This document shows, piece after piece, positions 9,659 through 21,699 of a stretch of DNA of 64,000 nt. This DNA is from Escherichia phage LorandFenyves_Bas91. The notes beneath the pieces are model-generated. The model had not been told where the DNA came from. It did not search any database and saw only the letters and a list, made by a program, of their open reading frames with translations. The stretch is taken from sequence record PQ850614.1; one strand, given 5' to 3'. Each line of letters opens with the position of its first letter. Position 1 is the first letter of the stretch. Both the position numbers and the translations under genes were made by a program.

Positions 9659-11308
9659 ATGCAACAGACAACTTACGCTCAGGTCAGAAGTCGTGACCCG
9701 AGAAATACTTTCTATGGTGTTAATCCGGGAGCGGCTTCGGCCTCTCCTTATATGGCTAGACCAACTCAGACAGCAGATATTTCTATGTATCAACGTCCTG
9801 CTGTACCTGCTGGGATTTCCTCTCTTGTAGGTCAAACTTCAGTAGATTATCAGAATATGTTGAATCCCGTTCAGAGTAATGGTCTTCCTTCTGATATCCC
9901 AAATGATGTACAACCTCAAGCACAACAGGCTGTAACTCTTCCTGAGTTTGAGAATCAAGAAACCATGCAAGCTGCTGGACTTTCTCCTTCTTCTATTCCT
10001 CCAGAATCAGAACCTCTTCCGGTAACACCTCCTACTAAACCGTTAGAAGCTGGTCCTATGGAGTTTACTCCTTCTCAGGTGGAACAGGCACAAGGTGTGA
10101 TTAATACTCTTGCTCAAGGACAAGACGCTGGTGATGGAATGACTGCTGCTACTCGTGCTAAAGATCAGGAACGCGTCAACAACGATATCTTGCAAGTTGC
10201 GAAAGCTAAAGACCCTTCGGAAGCTTGGAACAAACTACAGAAAGAACCATTCTATCAGAACTCTAGTTTCTACACAGGTTTGATGGGTGTAGGTCTTTCC
10301 ATTATGTCAGGTAAGTCTCCTATTGAAGCTTTCCAGATTGGTCAGGGAATGGCTAATCAAGATGAGACTAAGAAGCAACTGGAAGCTAACCGTGATGCTC
10401 TGATTGAACAAGGCTTCTCTCAAGACTCGATCGCAGCTGCTATTGCTAACGGAGACCCATCTCTACTGAAGATGAGAGCTGTAGACCCTGCTCAGAAAGA
10501 AGCGCTGTATGCTGCTCGTGAAGAACGACAAAATGCTGAATGGGATAGACGTCAACAGATTCAAGAGCAAACTATGCGTGAGCGTGCTGATGAAACTCGT
10601 CGTGCCGCTGAAGAAAGAGCTAACATGAACTTTGAACGTCAGAAAGAGTTGATTGGTTATCGTGATAAGGTTAAGGCTGAACGTGCTGAACAAGCTGCTC
10701 AGAGTTTTAACTTTAACCCGAAAGAAGTTCGTCTTGCTCAGAATACAGCTGAAGGTACGGTTGCTAAGCAGTGGGCAGAGAAAGGTGGCCTGTTTAACCA
10801 GTCTAACAAAGACTTGGATTTGGCTGACAAGGCTGTTAAGGATAAAGACTATCAGACAGCTCGTTCTGCTTACATGCAGGCTATCATGAACTCCGCAAGG
10901 GCTGAAATCGGTGCTACTCGTTCTCTTACCGAAGAAGACTTGGGGCACTTTGCAGAAGACCCATCAATCTTCGTTCGTGTTGGCAACAAGTTTGCACTGA
11001 AATCTGGATGGCGTCCTACTGATTCTGCTCTTGCTTATGCTCGTAAGCAAGCTAACGTTGGTCACACCTCTGCAATGAAAGGTGTTGCTGATGCTAAGAG
11101 AGCTACGATTGAAGCTTACATCGGTTCTGGTATGGATAAGAAGAGAGCTACTGCATTGGTTAACCGTGCAATCCCTTCTGGTGGTTTCTATGACCCTCTA
11201 GGTGTTTTCTCTGAACAAGCAGAAGAAGCAGTTGGTGGTGCAGCAACCAATCCTAAGCTTAATGGTGCTTTATCAGCTGTCGAAGACACTAGCTGGTTTA
11301 CTCAATAA
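9659..11308 (+). CDS. internal virion protein
   Basis: AGGAG RBS; 549 aa; P/Q-rich N-terminus and charged helical C-terminus. Confidence 0.5.
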   Translation: MQQTTYAQVRSRDPRNTFYGVNPGAASASPYMARPTQTADISMYQRPAVPAGISSLVGQTSVDYQNMLNPVQSNGLPSDIPNDVQPQAQQAVTLPEFENQETMQAAGLSPSSIPPESEPLPVTPPTKPLEAGPMEFTPSQVEQAQGVINTLAQGQDAGDGMTAATRAKDQERVNNDILQVAKAKDPSEAWNKLQKEPFYQNSSFYTGLMGVGLSIMSGKSPIEAFQIGQGMANQDETKKQLEANRDALIEQGFSQDSIAAAIANGDPSLLKMRAVDPAQKEALYAAREERQNAEWDRRQQIQEQTMRERADETRRAAEERANMNFERQKELIGYRDKVKAERAEQAAQSFNFNPKEVRLAQNTAEGTVAKQWAEKGGLFNQSNKDLDLADKAVKDKDYQTARSAYMQAIMNSARAEIGATRSLTEEDLGHFAEDPSIFVRVGNKFALKSGWRPTDSALAYARKQANVGHTSAMKGVADAKRATIEAYIGSGMDKKRATALVNRAIPSGGFYDPLGVFSEQAEEAVGGAATNPKLNGALSAVEDTSWFTQ

Positions 11309-11328
11309 GACCTAAGTCCTGCCTTCTA

Positions 11329-11337
11329 TAATGTATA
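11329..11337 (+). promoter_or_regulatory. TAATGTATA motif (candidate phage-sigma-dependent promoter element)
   Basis: Exact 9-mer about 39 nt upstream of the probable start at 11376; the same 9-mer recurs upstream of other genes. Confidence 0.5.
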
Positions 11338-11375
11338 TAGGGGGTAGGACATTTTTATTTATAAAAGGAGACGTT

Positions 11376-14300
11376 ATGGCTAACATTAAACCGTGGGAAG
11401 AAGCTTCCAAAGCTCCTGCGTATCTGAATGCCTCTCCGGAGCAACAAGCTCAAATGAGAGAACAATATAAGGCAGCAGGTGGCTCTATTCCTGAGGAACA
11501 ACCAGTAGCACAACCACAACAAGAAGAACGTGGTGCTATAGGTGAGTTTGCTCAAGGTGTGTCAAATGCTCTTCAATCTGGTGGTGCAAATATTGCAGCT
11601 AGTGCTGCTAAAGGTATTGGTGGTTTAGTTGAGATTGGTGAGAATCTAGCTGGAGCACAAACTAGTTATGGTAAGCGTATCCAAGAGAACTCTCAGAATC
11701 TTCTGAAAGAACGTATGGATAAGATTGAGGATGGGATTGGTAAAACTGTAGGTCAGTATGCTGGCGTTGCTGGTGATATTGGTATGACTGTTGCTAACCC
11801 ATTGGCTGCTGCTGCTATCATCGCAGGTCGTGAGACAGGTCGTGCATATGCAGACCAAACCCCTGAAGAGGGAGAAGATAAGTCTATTCTAGATGCAGCC
11901 TTAGTTGGTGGTGCTAACTATGCGGCTCAGAGAATCCTTCCGGGTGCTGTCGGTACAGCTGAGTCCACACTTGGACGTATTGTTCAGAACGTTGCTAGTA
12001 ACGCAGTGGCTGGTGCTAAAGGTGGTGCTCTTGTGGGTGCTGCTGAAGCTCAGAATAAGCACGGAGATGACACAACCTTTGCTAATGTATTAGAAGGTGC
12101 TATCGAAGAAGGTGCTATGGGTGCTGCATTCGGTGGTGCAGTTGGTGGGGTTCATGGTTTGATTAGCCGTCCGGATTCTGCTGTCTTCAAGAATACTCCA
12201 GAGTATGCGAAGACTGATATTGCTGCTGATGATGAACTAATTCGTAGTGCTAAGAATATTGATGAACTGAAAGAAGCTTACTCTAAAGCTGAAACTGCTA
12301 ACGCTGCTTCTGCTCTTAACCTTCTGGATGAGAATGGATTCCGTATTACAGATGCTGTTGCTGTAGATTCTCCTGCTGCTCAGCGTATTCTTAATACTGA
12401 CCAAGCTCGTGCTGAGAAAGCTGCTTCTGTTCAGAAAGAACATTCCAACATTCCGGGCCTTAATCCTTTAGCTTCTCCTGCTAAGACTCGTGGTAAAGCA
12501 TTTGCTGATAATGAGCACAACCAGAAGCAGGCTGTTGCTATGAAGGATGCAATGGCTGACTACACCAAAGACAACACGAAAGCTCTTACAGATGTTCTAG
12601 ATAACCTAGACCGTGAATTAACTTCTCTCCGAGCTTCTGGTGATTTTACTGGTAGTCCGATTGATATTAAGAATCGTACACAAGCTGACCGTGATTTCAT
12701 TGATGCTTACAAGACTTTCTACAATGAAGCAAATCGATTCAAAGCTCGTGATGGTGAAGACTTTAATAACTTTGTAGAGAAAGCTGCTGAACTACAGAAG
12801 ATGGCTGATAATGTTTCTCCAGAGATGAAGAAAGCTATTGGTGGGTTGAAGAAACTGAAAGGTATGCCTGAAGGTTTTAATCCTATTCAAGATGCTTATA
12901 CTCTGAACAATACAGCTAAATTCATGAGCAACCAAGATCGTGGTTGGACTTCCTTGACTGATGATGGATTCCGTGAAGCTTCTTCACCTAGTCTGGTAAT
13001 GAACACTCTTGGTGCTGCTAAGTATGCTCTGAATCGCTTCTCTTCTCAGCGTGCTCGTTCTCAACGTGTTAAGCAACAAGAATCTAACAGTGAAACTATC
13101 CGCTCTCTTGCTCGTGGTGATTTGGAAGTTGCTCGTGCTAAATCTACTGCTGATGAAGCTCGTGCTAAGATGGAAGAAGAACCAGTTGTTGATGACATTA
13201 AATTTAAGACGCAAAATGACGTGGAAACCGAACCGGTTCGGGAGCCTTCTTCTAGTACTGTGACGGAAGAAAATCTTCCTTCTTCTACTCCTCAAGAAAC
13301 CCCTCTCACAGCTCGTGATTTAGTTGCGCAAAGACGCGCTATCCGTCAGGCTGAACAGCGTCGCGCTGAAGAAGAGGCATTGGCTGCTCAAGAAGCTCCG
13401 GTCGAACAAGCTCCACAGGCTGAACCTCTCCCTGCTCGTAATCCTCTAGAGGAGCGTCGTGCAATGGAACAGCAACGTGCTCAAGAAGAGGCCGCACAGG
13501 CTCCAGAACCAACCGTAGAGGAACCAACAGTCAAAGCTGAGCCATTACCTGCTCGTGCTCCTAAAGCTCCTAAGGAAGCTGTACAGGACGTTAAACCGGC
13601 AAGTGGTGTAGAACGTTTAGCTGCTATGTCTAGTGCTGCTCGTCAGGCTACTAAAGATCGTGCAGAACGCTTTGCTCGTTCTCTGTACTCTAAGGCTGCT
13701 AAAGCTAAAGCTACTGCTGAAAACTTCTTGGCTTATAAAGGCGATCCTAAGGAACTGATGCGTCGTATTCGTCAGGAAGATAATGCTATCAACACTGAAC
13801 GTCATGAAGAAATGGCTCGTAACCAGCTGGCCTCTCAGCAAGGTATTGCTACTGCTAAGAACAACACTGTACGAACTAATTTTGCTGAATGGGTTAAAGA
13901 ACGTGGTCTGCCAGAAGACATTGCTACTAAGGCATTACGTGCTGAAGAGAAAGGTTTAGGTGGGAACGTAACTAACTTGGATAGTCTGAAACGTCGTGCT
14001 GAAAGGTTGTATCAGAAGCAGCGTGAGGATGAGTTTGATAGACTGTACCAACAAGCTCTAGAAGAGAACAAAGCTTTCGATAAGAAAGATGCTCCTAAAC
14101 TGGTTGATCAGAAGAAAGAGCTTCAGTCTGAGATTGATGCTTTGATTGATTCAGAACCTTTACGTCCTGCTCAGAAAGATGCTATGCGTAAGCTGATGAA
14201 TGACTTTGTAGATGGGAAGTTTAAATCTTCAGAGAAGGCTGGTAGGGAAGAGGCTTTGGAAGTTGGTCAGATGAAGGATATTTGGGATGGGTTTATTAAC

Positions 14301-15797
14301 ACCTACAACAGAGAAGTGAATGCCTTCAACAAAGCTAACAAGAACTCTCAGTACGAAGCTGCTGCTAAGCACTTACAGGCTCGTGAAGAACGTCTTGCTA
14401 CCCTCAGGAAAAAGGCTCAGGCTCGTTCAGATGCTAAGGCTGCTGTTGAGAATGAACGTAAAACTTTAGAGGCTATTGCAGCTCAGAAGAGTGAGATTGA
14501 GAAGATGATGGAAGGTTTACCTAAACCTGTTCGTGAGGCTCAGGAATCTCGTACATTGAAACAGTTGGCTGCTCACCATGATAAGAACTCTCCAGTTCCT
14601 CCAGAGAAGTTCCGTAGTTACATTGAACGTATCCACAACGCCGAGTCAGATTACCTTGATCGTCAGCGTCGTTTAACTGACGCAGAGGAAGATGCTCGTC
14701 AGGCCAAGTGGAACAAGATGTACGAGCAAGCGGAAGAGATGAACCGTAAGTTTGATGTGGACAAGAGAGTTAAGCGCAGTGAAGAGCTTAAAGCGGCCCA
14801 AGAGCGTGAGAATGACCTTATGGCAGTACAACGTCAACGTGATGACATTCATCGCCGCCTGATGCGTACTATGGAAGATAAGGGCATATCTAGAGAGGAT
14901 GCTGAAGCATTTGCTGGTTCCTATATGGACAACCGTTATGCACTTCTTGAGAAGCCTATGACTCCCACTGAACATCAGAATGCTCGTTCTCGTATCGAAG
15001 CTGATGTTGAGAAGTTTGCTAAGAAGTACGAATCAATGACTCCTATCGAGAAAGAGATTGTTAAGGTTACTGGAGATACTGAAGGTAAGCTTGATAACTT
15101 GGATGCGGATACTAGGAAGGCTATTGAGGAGGCTCAGAAGGTTGACTCTGATATTAAGAAACTGCAAGAGGAGGAGTTGGAGATGGAGAAGATTCGTTCT
15201 GCTCTGCCTGATGATGAAAGATCTCAAGCAAATTCTGATATCTTGGAAAGCATTAAACAACAGGAAGAGGTCTTTGCTGATAAAGTAGAGAAAGCTTTCT
15301 TGAGTGGGAAGAGCTTGGATGAGTTGGCTAGTGTGGCTGAAGTTTTAGACAGGGTTCATGGTGCAGATAAGGCTGGTAACAACCGTCGCTTTGTACGTGC
15401 ATTGCAGACTGCTGCTGAAAACAAGAAGAAGTATGGTGATAATCCAGTAGCTTGGTTTAGTGCTGATGATTACTCTGCCATTGCTAAACTTGGTGCTTCT
15501 TCCGCAGGTGGTAACAAATCCAGAGCACTGGAGAAGATCTTTGGTTCTACAGCTGAACAGGCTAAGAGTAAGTTGCTTGGTAGGGATGATGTAGCGAAGA
15601 TGAGACGTGTAATTGAAGAGAACCCTGATATTAAGATTCCTTCTTACAAGACAACGAATCGTACTGAGTACTTGCAGTTCTTGGAGAAGTTTAATGACGA
15701 AGGGAAGCCTAAGATTAAACGTGGCTCATTGTCAGAGAAGCTTGAACGCAGTAAGCGTCAATCGAGACTCCGTGTAAGAGTTCGACCTAAGGAGTGA
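11376..15797 (+). CDS. large internal virion/ejection-type protein (~1470 aa)
   Basis: ATG at 11376 after AAAAGGAG (track start 11331 lies inside the promoter motif); Gly/Ala-rich N-terminus, long E/R/K/A-rich coiled-coil centre. Confidence 0.6.
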   Translation: MANIKPWEEASKAPAYLNASPEQQAQMREQYKAAGGSIPEEQPVAQPQQEERGAIGEFAQGVSNALQSGGANIAASAAKGIGGLVEIGENLAGAQTSYGKRIQENSQNLLKERMDKIEDGIGKTVGQYAGVAGDIGMTVANPLAAAAIIAGRETGRAYADQTPEEGEDKSILDAALVGGANYAAQRILPGAVGTAESTLGRIVQNVASNAVAGAKGGALVGAAEAQNKHGDDTTFANVLEGAIEEGAMGAAFGGAVGGVHGLISRPDSAVFKNTPEYAKTDIAADDELIRSAKNIDELKEAYSKAETANAASALNLLDENGFRITDAVAVDSPAAQRILNTDQARAEKAASVQKEHSNIPGLNPLASPAKTRGKAFADNEHNQKQAVAMKDAMADYTKDNTKALTDVLDNLDRELTSLRASGDFTGSPIDIKNRTQADRDFIDAYKTFYNEANRFKARDGEDFNNFVEKAAELQKMADNVSPEMKKAIGGLKKLKGMPEGFNPIQDAYTLNNTAKFMSNQDRGWTSLTDDGFREASSPSLVMNTLGAAKYALNRFSSQRARSQRVKQQESNSETIRSLARGDLEVARAKSTADEARAKMEEEPVVDDIKFKTQNDVETEPVREPSSSTVTEENLPSSTPQETPLTARDLVAQRRAIRQAEQRRAEEEALAAQEAPVEQAPQAEPLPARNPLEERRAMEQQRAQEEAAQAPEPTVEEPTVKAEPLPARAPKAPKEAVQDVKPASGVERLAAMSSAARQATKDRAERFARSLYSKAAKAKATAENFLAYKGDPKELMRRIRQEDNAINTERHEEMARNQLASQQGIATAKNNTVRTNFAEWVKERGLPEDIATKALRAEEKGLGGNVTNLDSLKRRAERLYQKQREDEFDRLYQQALEENKAFDKKDAPKLVDQKKELQSEIDALIDSEPLRPAQKDAMRKLMNDFVDGKFKSSEKAGREEALEVGQMKDIWDGFINTYNREVNAFNKANKNSQYEAAAKHLQAREERLATLRKKAQARSDAKAAVENERKTLEAIAAQKSEIEKMMEGLPKPVREAQESRTLKQLAAHHDKNSPVPPEKFRSYIERIHNAESDYLDRQRRLTDAEEDARQAKWNKMYEQAEEMNRKFDVDKRVKRSEELKAAQERENDLMAVQRQRDDIHRRLMRTMEDKGISREDAEAFAGSYMDNRYALLEKPMTPTEHQNARSRIEADVEKFAKKYESMTPIEKEIVKVTGDTEGKLDNLDADTRKAIEEAQKVDSDIKKLQEEELEMEKIRSALPDDERSQANSDILESIKQQEEVFADKVEKAFLSGKSLDELASVAEVLDRVHGADKAGNNRRFVRALQTAAENKKKYGDNPVAWFSADDYSAIAKLGASSAGGNKSRALEKIFGSTAEQAKSKLLGRDDVAKMRRVIEENPDIKIPSYKTTNRTEYLQFLEKFNDEGKPKIKRGSLSEKLERSKRQSRLRVRVRPKE

Positions 15798-15804
15798 TAA
15801 AAGA

Positions 15805-15840
15805 AAAGCCCCAACCGAAAGGAAGGGGCTTTATTTGTTT
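15805..15840. terminator. bidirectional intrinsic terminator at the convergence point
   Basis: AAAGCCCC...GGGGCTTT hairpin with T-runs on both strands, between the last plus-strand and last minus-strand genes. Confidence 0.65.
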
Positions 15841-16156
15841 CTAAGTTTTAAAAACCATCAAATTCGTCATACATCCCAATTCTCTTCAGAAGTCTGGATG
15901 TTCATCTTTAAAGCATCCTGAGATACCCCCATAGAACCAATCTGATTTACTTCCAAGGATAACAACTTCTTCATTCATATACCCTCCTAGATTGTGTTTA
16001 TAAAATTAGTAAGTTTCTCTTCACTTTCATCAAAAGCTTTTCCAGCTGCTTCCATCTCCCAAGTATCGGCATTGTCAATAAAGCTCTGAGCTTCTAATAG
16101 GTCGTGGATTAAGTCGAAGAGTTTATTTTTATCTGCTTGTGTGATCATGTCAGTTC

Positions 16157-16384
16157 CTAGATTAAATCGTAATACTGAATAATGTCAGAGAGTTTGAACT
16201 CTCGAATCTCATCTTTCTCTACATCTATCGCTGTCATAATCCAACAAGGTTTACCACCATTATGAAAACGGGAGCTAGCAACGGAGGTTCGGAGTGGAAT
16301 AACGGACCGGTCAGCAACCTCGCCTCTCCAATTGCGATAGCGAAAGCGAAGCACTTGTTGCGTAGATTTTTGATCATCACTCAT
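16157..16384 (-). CDS. hypothetical protein
   Basis: Internal ATG (MSDDQK...) overlapping the upstream stop; the longer track ORF overlaps the HNH gene. Confidence 0.35.
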   Translation of the reverse strand: MSDDQKSTQQVLRFRYRNWRGEVADRSVIPLRTSVASSRFHNGGKPCWIMTAIDVEKDEIREFKLSDIIQYYDLI

Positions 16385-16778
16385 TTCCTTTTTTGAATTG
16401 TTTTCTTGCATCATTCTCTTCTTTTGTTTTAATCTTATGACAAGGGTCTTTACACAGAACCTGAAAACCTTCTTTCTCACACAGAGCACGAGAGATGATT
16501 TCATCCCAAGTTGCTTCATGATCTAAGGGAACTATAGGCTCTATGTGGTCAATAGCCATATCCTTTACAGGGTGGTCAGAACCACACATGGCACACTTAA
16601 AGTGCATTGCCAGTCTGCCTGTCTTTGGATTAATCTTCTGCTCTGTCTTGGCGTCTGCTAGTGCATCGAACATGGGCTTCCACTTTCTAGTCAGAGAACG
16701 AATCCCTGACTTGATGAAAGAGTTGTAACGAGCTTCAGTCCACATTCCACTACAGCGAGTCTTCTCAGACTTCGCCAT
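16377..16778 (-). CDS. HNH endonuclease
   Basis: DHIEPI...CHKIK HNH-type motif with Cys-rich N-terminal region. Confidence 0.6.
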   Translation of the reverse strand: MAKSEKTRCSGMWTEARYNSFIKSGIRSLTRKWKPMFDALADAKTEQKINPKTGRLAMHFKCAMCGSDHPVKDMAIDHIEPIVPLDHEATWDEIISRALCEKEGFQVLCKDPCHKIKTKEENDARKQFKKGNE

Positions 16779-16944
16779 AATCAGCTTCTTCCCAAACTCG
16801 TTTGTTTACACGATGGCTTACTTTACCCTCACGAGGAATACGACCAGTCCGCTGATCAAACAGTTGATGTTTAATCTTTTGGTCTTTACGAGATTCACGA
16901 TTGGAGGAGTTTTCATCATATGAACGATAATCAAATTTACCCAT
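16765..16944 (-). CDS. small basic protein (59 aa)
   Basis: ATG-initiated ORF below the track threshold filling the gap before the exonuclease gene. Confidence 0.3.
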   Translation of the reverse strand: MGKFDYRSYDENSSNRESRKDQKIKHQLFDQRTGRIPREGKVSHRVNKRVWEEADYGEV

Positions 16945-16957
16945 TATAATATCCTTA

Positions 16958-17776
16958 TTACCAAGATTTATCTAACCATGTCCAGTCGAACAGGTCTTCC
17001 GGAGTCTGACCAACAAAGAGAAGCCGAGCATTCTCGAGCATCTTCTCTTCATCTTCAGTATCGAACTTCTTATAATATTCCATTCGTACTATATGATACA
17101 TGGTCCACTTATCTGTAACACCAGCCAACAGTTTAGCTGCTGCTTTCTTCCCTATTCCTTGACGTCGAAGCTGGAGCTTACCACCCCACATAACTTCTTT
17201 ACGTTCTCCGCATCCGGGGATATTATCTGTACCGTCTCCAACCAGCATCTGATAGAAGAAATTTTGCCATGAAACTAAATCAGACACGTAGTGAGGGGGA
17301 ACCTCTTTCTGTCTTTCTCCACAAGCCCAACGATAATGCCATCCGGGAGTTATCAACAAATCTTTGTCTCTAGTACAGATGATAGTGTTCTTATCTCTGC
17401 GTTGCCTTTCAGCTAGTGCATCATCAGCCTCTCTCCCAAATACGTCTATGTATTCATATTTACCTTTAATGTAATCACCAACGTTTTGCCAGTGAAAAGG
17501 TCTTTCTCCGGGAGGTCTATTTGCTTTGTAGTCTTGCTGCTTAGCAACATCAAAACGGAAGTTACCACCTTCGCTGAAGTAGAACACAACCTTACTACAA
17601 CCTGAGCGAGCTATGATTGTATCAATCTTGTACTGAAGTCGTTCAATCATGAAATTGTAGTCAACTGGAACACGTCCTGTGTCAAGGAAGGGATGCTCCT
17701 GAGTAAGAGCACCCACTTCATATCGAAGAACGTCAGCATCCACTATAGCTACTTCAGGGAGCTTAACGTCTTCCAT
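16958..17776 (-). CDS. 5'-3' exonuclease (T7 gp6-like, FEN-family)
   Basis: DYKANR, TRDKDL and GDGTDNIPG motifs align by eye with T7 gene 6 exonuclease. Confidence 0.8.
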   Translation of the reverse strand: MEDVKLPEVAIVDADVLRYEVGALTQEHPFLDTGRVPVDYNFMIERLQYKIDTIIARSGCSKVVFYFSEGGNFRFDVAKQQDYKANRPPGERPFHWQNVGDYIKGKYEYIDVFGREADDALAERQRRDKNTIICTRDKDLLITPGWHYRWACGERQKEVPPHYVSDLVSWQNFFYQMLVGDGTDNIPGCGERKEVMWGGKLQLRRQGIGKKAAAKLLAGVTDKWTMYHIVRMEYYKKFDTEDEEKMLENARLLFVGQTPEDLFDWTWLDKSW

Positions 17777-17777
17777 A

Positions 17778-18304
17778 TTATTCTCCTAACAGCTTACGGA
17801 TTTCATTACGGAAGTTATCATACTCTTCAGGGTATTCAAACCCACATTCGAGAAGAGCGTAGTGAACAACCTTCAACAAATCCTGAGCCTTATTCTTATC
17901 CTTGTGTCGATAAGCATATTTGATCATGTTGGTTTGTTGGAAGTTCAACTGAGGGTTTGCATGGTAAAACTCAACAGGTTGAATGATTTTAGATTCAGGG
18001 TTATAATGTGCACCACCAACCATAGTGTCTAAAGCTGGACTCCTTTTGCTGGTTTGTTCAGTTGTAGCTTTAAAGCTGACTACAGGAACAGAGGAATAAA
18101 TTGGATACGCTTCACCTACTGGTGGTTTTACTATCAATCTTTTCATTGCAAATCGAATTTCTGTATCAGCGGAACATGAAGAGATTTCTTCAACAGATTT
18201 ACGATAACTGTCAATAACTGCACGTAGCATAGAGACTGTCTTAGTCTTCTCTTTTAATTTCTCTGTTAGTACAATAACTTCTGCTTTTTTGGATTCAAAC
18301 TCGT

Positions 18305-18314
<10 letters not shown>
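17778..18314 (-). CDS. hypothetical protein (DUF3310-like C-terminus)
   Basis: C-terminal GGAHYNPE...NMIKYAYRHKDK...DLLK pattern resembles a phage-specific domain of unknown function (from memory). Confidence 0.45.
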
Positions 18315-19800
<1,486 letters not shown>

Positions 19801-19801
<1 letters not shown>

Positions 19802-20061
19802 TATTTTATTCCACGTTCTTTCAGAGCTTCTAACAATCCATTGTGATTGGCAGCACATTCTGTGTACTGGTCCTGATACCACTCCAACGTAGTGGCTAGT
19901 GCTTTTCCTTGAGCACTTTCTAAAAGAGGTAGGTCAACCCTACATTCAGCTTTTAGGTTTGTTGGTAAGGGCATTGATTGCCTGCTGTTGTCGCTCATTG
20001 AACAAGCTGACAAACTCATCGCTAGCGCAGACATTATAAAAAACTGGTTTAGTTTTCTCAT
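19801..20061 (-). CDS. lipoprotein, candidate outer-membrane spanin
   Basis: Internal ATG gives MRKLNQFFIMSALAMSLSAC (signal peptide plus LSAC lipobox); reading frame overlaps the 3' part of the next gene. Confidence 0.45.
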
Positions 20062-20296
20062 AATGCATCTCTTTATAAATAGTTTCCGTGTTCTTCTTCC
20101 AGTTAGATAAACCGGTAAGAACCCTCTGAGCAACTTCATCAGCTGCCCTACTTCTTTCAATCTCTAACTCTTGCTGGTGCTTCTCTTTGTCCAGATTACT
20201 GCTGTCTGTTTGGTACTCGTTAAACTTCATACCACCAAAGAATACAAGAGCTGAGAAAACGATAAACCCTAAGTTATCACTTAATGTGTTTTGCAT
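19946..20296 (-). CDS. candidate inner-membrane spanin (N-terminal TMD plus periplasmic helical domain)
   Basis: ATG at 20296 just past the terminator; LGFIVFSALVFFGG TMD then charged helical region; overlapped by the lipoprotein ORF. Confidence 0.45.
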   Translation of the reverse strand: MQNTLSDNLGFIVFSALVFFGGMKFNEYQTDSSNLDKEKHQQELEIERSRAADEVAQRVLTGLSNWKKNTETIYKEMHYEKTKPVFYNVCASDEFVSLFNERQQQAINALTNKPKS

Positions 20297-20304
20297 GTTG
20301 TCTC

Positions 20305-20332
20305 CAACGAAAAAAGCCACCCGGAGGTGGCT
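20305..20332 (-). terminator. intrinsic terminator after the SSB gene
   Basis: AGCCACC-CGGA-GGTGGCT hairpin followed on the minus strand by TTTTTT. Confidence 0.6.
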
Positions 20333-20353
20333 AAGCTATAACAAGGAGAGTTA

Positions 20354-21100
20354 TTAGAACGGGCTAGAGTCGTCATCTTCATAAGTAGAAGCTGGTTCTT
20401 TGTCAATCGTAGGGATTGAAGGAGTAGCTTCTTTCTGCTCTGTTTCAGAAGCACGAGTAATTTCACGACCAGCCAGAGGCATGTTCTTAGCGTCATTAGC
20501 TTGAGTAAGCAGGTTGCGCTGGAACGGGAACATCAGTTGATAGGATGCTACGTTCTCATCGGTTTCAGCATACGGTTCGAAAAATACCAGAGGGCTACGA
20601 GCTTCACCAACTGCTGCACGATATTTGGTTGGGATTGGAGAAATGGTTTTGATGGAGTTTTTAACTTCACCAGCTTTGTTAGTGTAAGAGTTAACCAGAA
20701 TGTTAACAGGCTGACCTAACAGCACATCCTTGAACCAAGACAGATCACCTTTCAGTGCTTGAATACTTGGGTCAATCATCTTGCAAAGATCAAGAATACC
20801 AGAGTTCTTAGCTCGTGGGTTTACATCATAACTCTTGAACTGGCAAGCCGGACGTGGTTCTAATGCCTTACCATCGGAATCTTTACCAGTAGCATCAACA
20901 CCAATCAGCTCGAAAGCCAAATCCATACGGAAAGCCGGATTCTTAGGAGTTACTGCTTTGGTCTTCGGGTCAATCCAAGGGTCACGATTGTGAACACCCA
21001 AACCTACTACACGAACGATACGTGCTTCGTATTCACCATCAGGGATTACATCGTAGTTGGATTTACGGGAAGCAGTTGCGATAGTTGGAATCATAGACAT
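20354..21100 (-). CDS. single-stranded DNA-binding protein
   Basis: 248 aa ending in the acidic tail EDDDSSPF (acidic C-terminus ending in Phe, as in SSB and T7 gp2.5). Confidence 0.6.
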   Translation of the reverse strand: MSMIPTIATASRKSNYDVIPDGEYEARIVRVVGLGVHNRDPWIDPKTKAVTPKNPAFRMDLAFELIGVDATGKDSDGKALEPRPACQFKSYDVNPRAKNSGILDLCKMIDPSIQALKGDLSWFKDVLLGQPVNILVNSYTNKAGEVKNSIKTISPIPTKYRAAVGEARSPLVFFEPYAETDENVASYQLMFPFQRNLLTQANDAKNMPLAGREITRASETEQKEATPSIPTIDKEPASTYEDDDSSPF

Positions 21101-21159
21101 ATTTTAATTTCCTTATTTAATTTGAAAGATTGTTGCTCTCTTTGAGCGGTTATGTATAG

Positions 21160-21168
21160 TATACATTA
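21160..21168 (-). promoter_or_regulatory. TAATGTATA motif upstream of SSB
   Basis: Exact 9-mer on the minus strand ~60 nt upstream of the SSB start; a near-copy faces it on the plus strand. Confidence 0.45.
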
Positions 21169-21231
21169 CGCTTATACCGATAAGAGTACTATATAATATA
21201 AGTATCTTTGGTAGTAGATATAACACACTAG

Positions 21232-21240
21232 TAATGTATA
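21232..21240 (+). promoter_or_regulatory. TAATGTATA motif, plus orientation (antisense to neighbouring genes)
   Basis: Exact 9-mer in the 400-bp AT-rich intergenic region upstream of SSB. Confidence 0.35.
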
Positions 21241-21516
21241 TATTGTATAGCTGATAAAGTTATTGCAGGCTTGTATATTGGGCAATTCACAGAATCCCTT
21301 GCAAGTACCGAAGGGCAGGAGCCACCTGCGAGATAAAAATAGAGAATTAAGGAATCCTTGATTTAGGTTGTAGGGACTCCTAGGGACTTTGATTCTCTAT
21401 TTAAAAGAATATTAATTACTTATTACCTAAATAATTAACTAACTTACTTAAACCAAATTCAAGAATAATAGATAAAAAGATTATTCCTAAGAAAGCTAAA
21501 AAGTAAAGGATATAAG

Positions 21517-21699
21517 TTACCATTCAAGTAAACCTTTAAAGTTAGTTTGTTCTACTATCCTCTGATAATGAAGATTAGAATCAGCTTGTTTCTTTAACAT
21601 CTCATTATATTGATCTCTGATAGAGTCTTTATAAACTACAGGTTCTTTAAATACTGAGATCTTCTTTTTCTCAGAGTTCAGAGGTATATTTTCTTTCAT
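21517..21699 (-). CDS. hypothetical small protein
   Basis: 60-aa ORF; overlaps the next gene's 3' end. Confidence 0.3.
   Translation of the reverse strand: MKENIPLNSEKKKISVFKEPVVYKDSIRDQYNEMLKKQADSNLHYQRIVEQTNFKGLLEW

Noticed and set aside
1008-15260. Numerous minus-strand ORFs of 60-160 aa inside the plus-strand structural genes (e.g. 1008-1217, 3399-3584, 9316-9510, 10463-10948, 12984-13295, 14673-14975)
   Set aside because: Antisense shadow ORFs within long, well-supported genes; low-complexity translations and no RBS.
20281-20496. 71-aa ORF overlapping the SSB gene and the terminator
   Set aside because: Alternative frame inside a well-supported gene and across a terminator hairpin.
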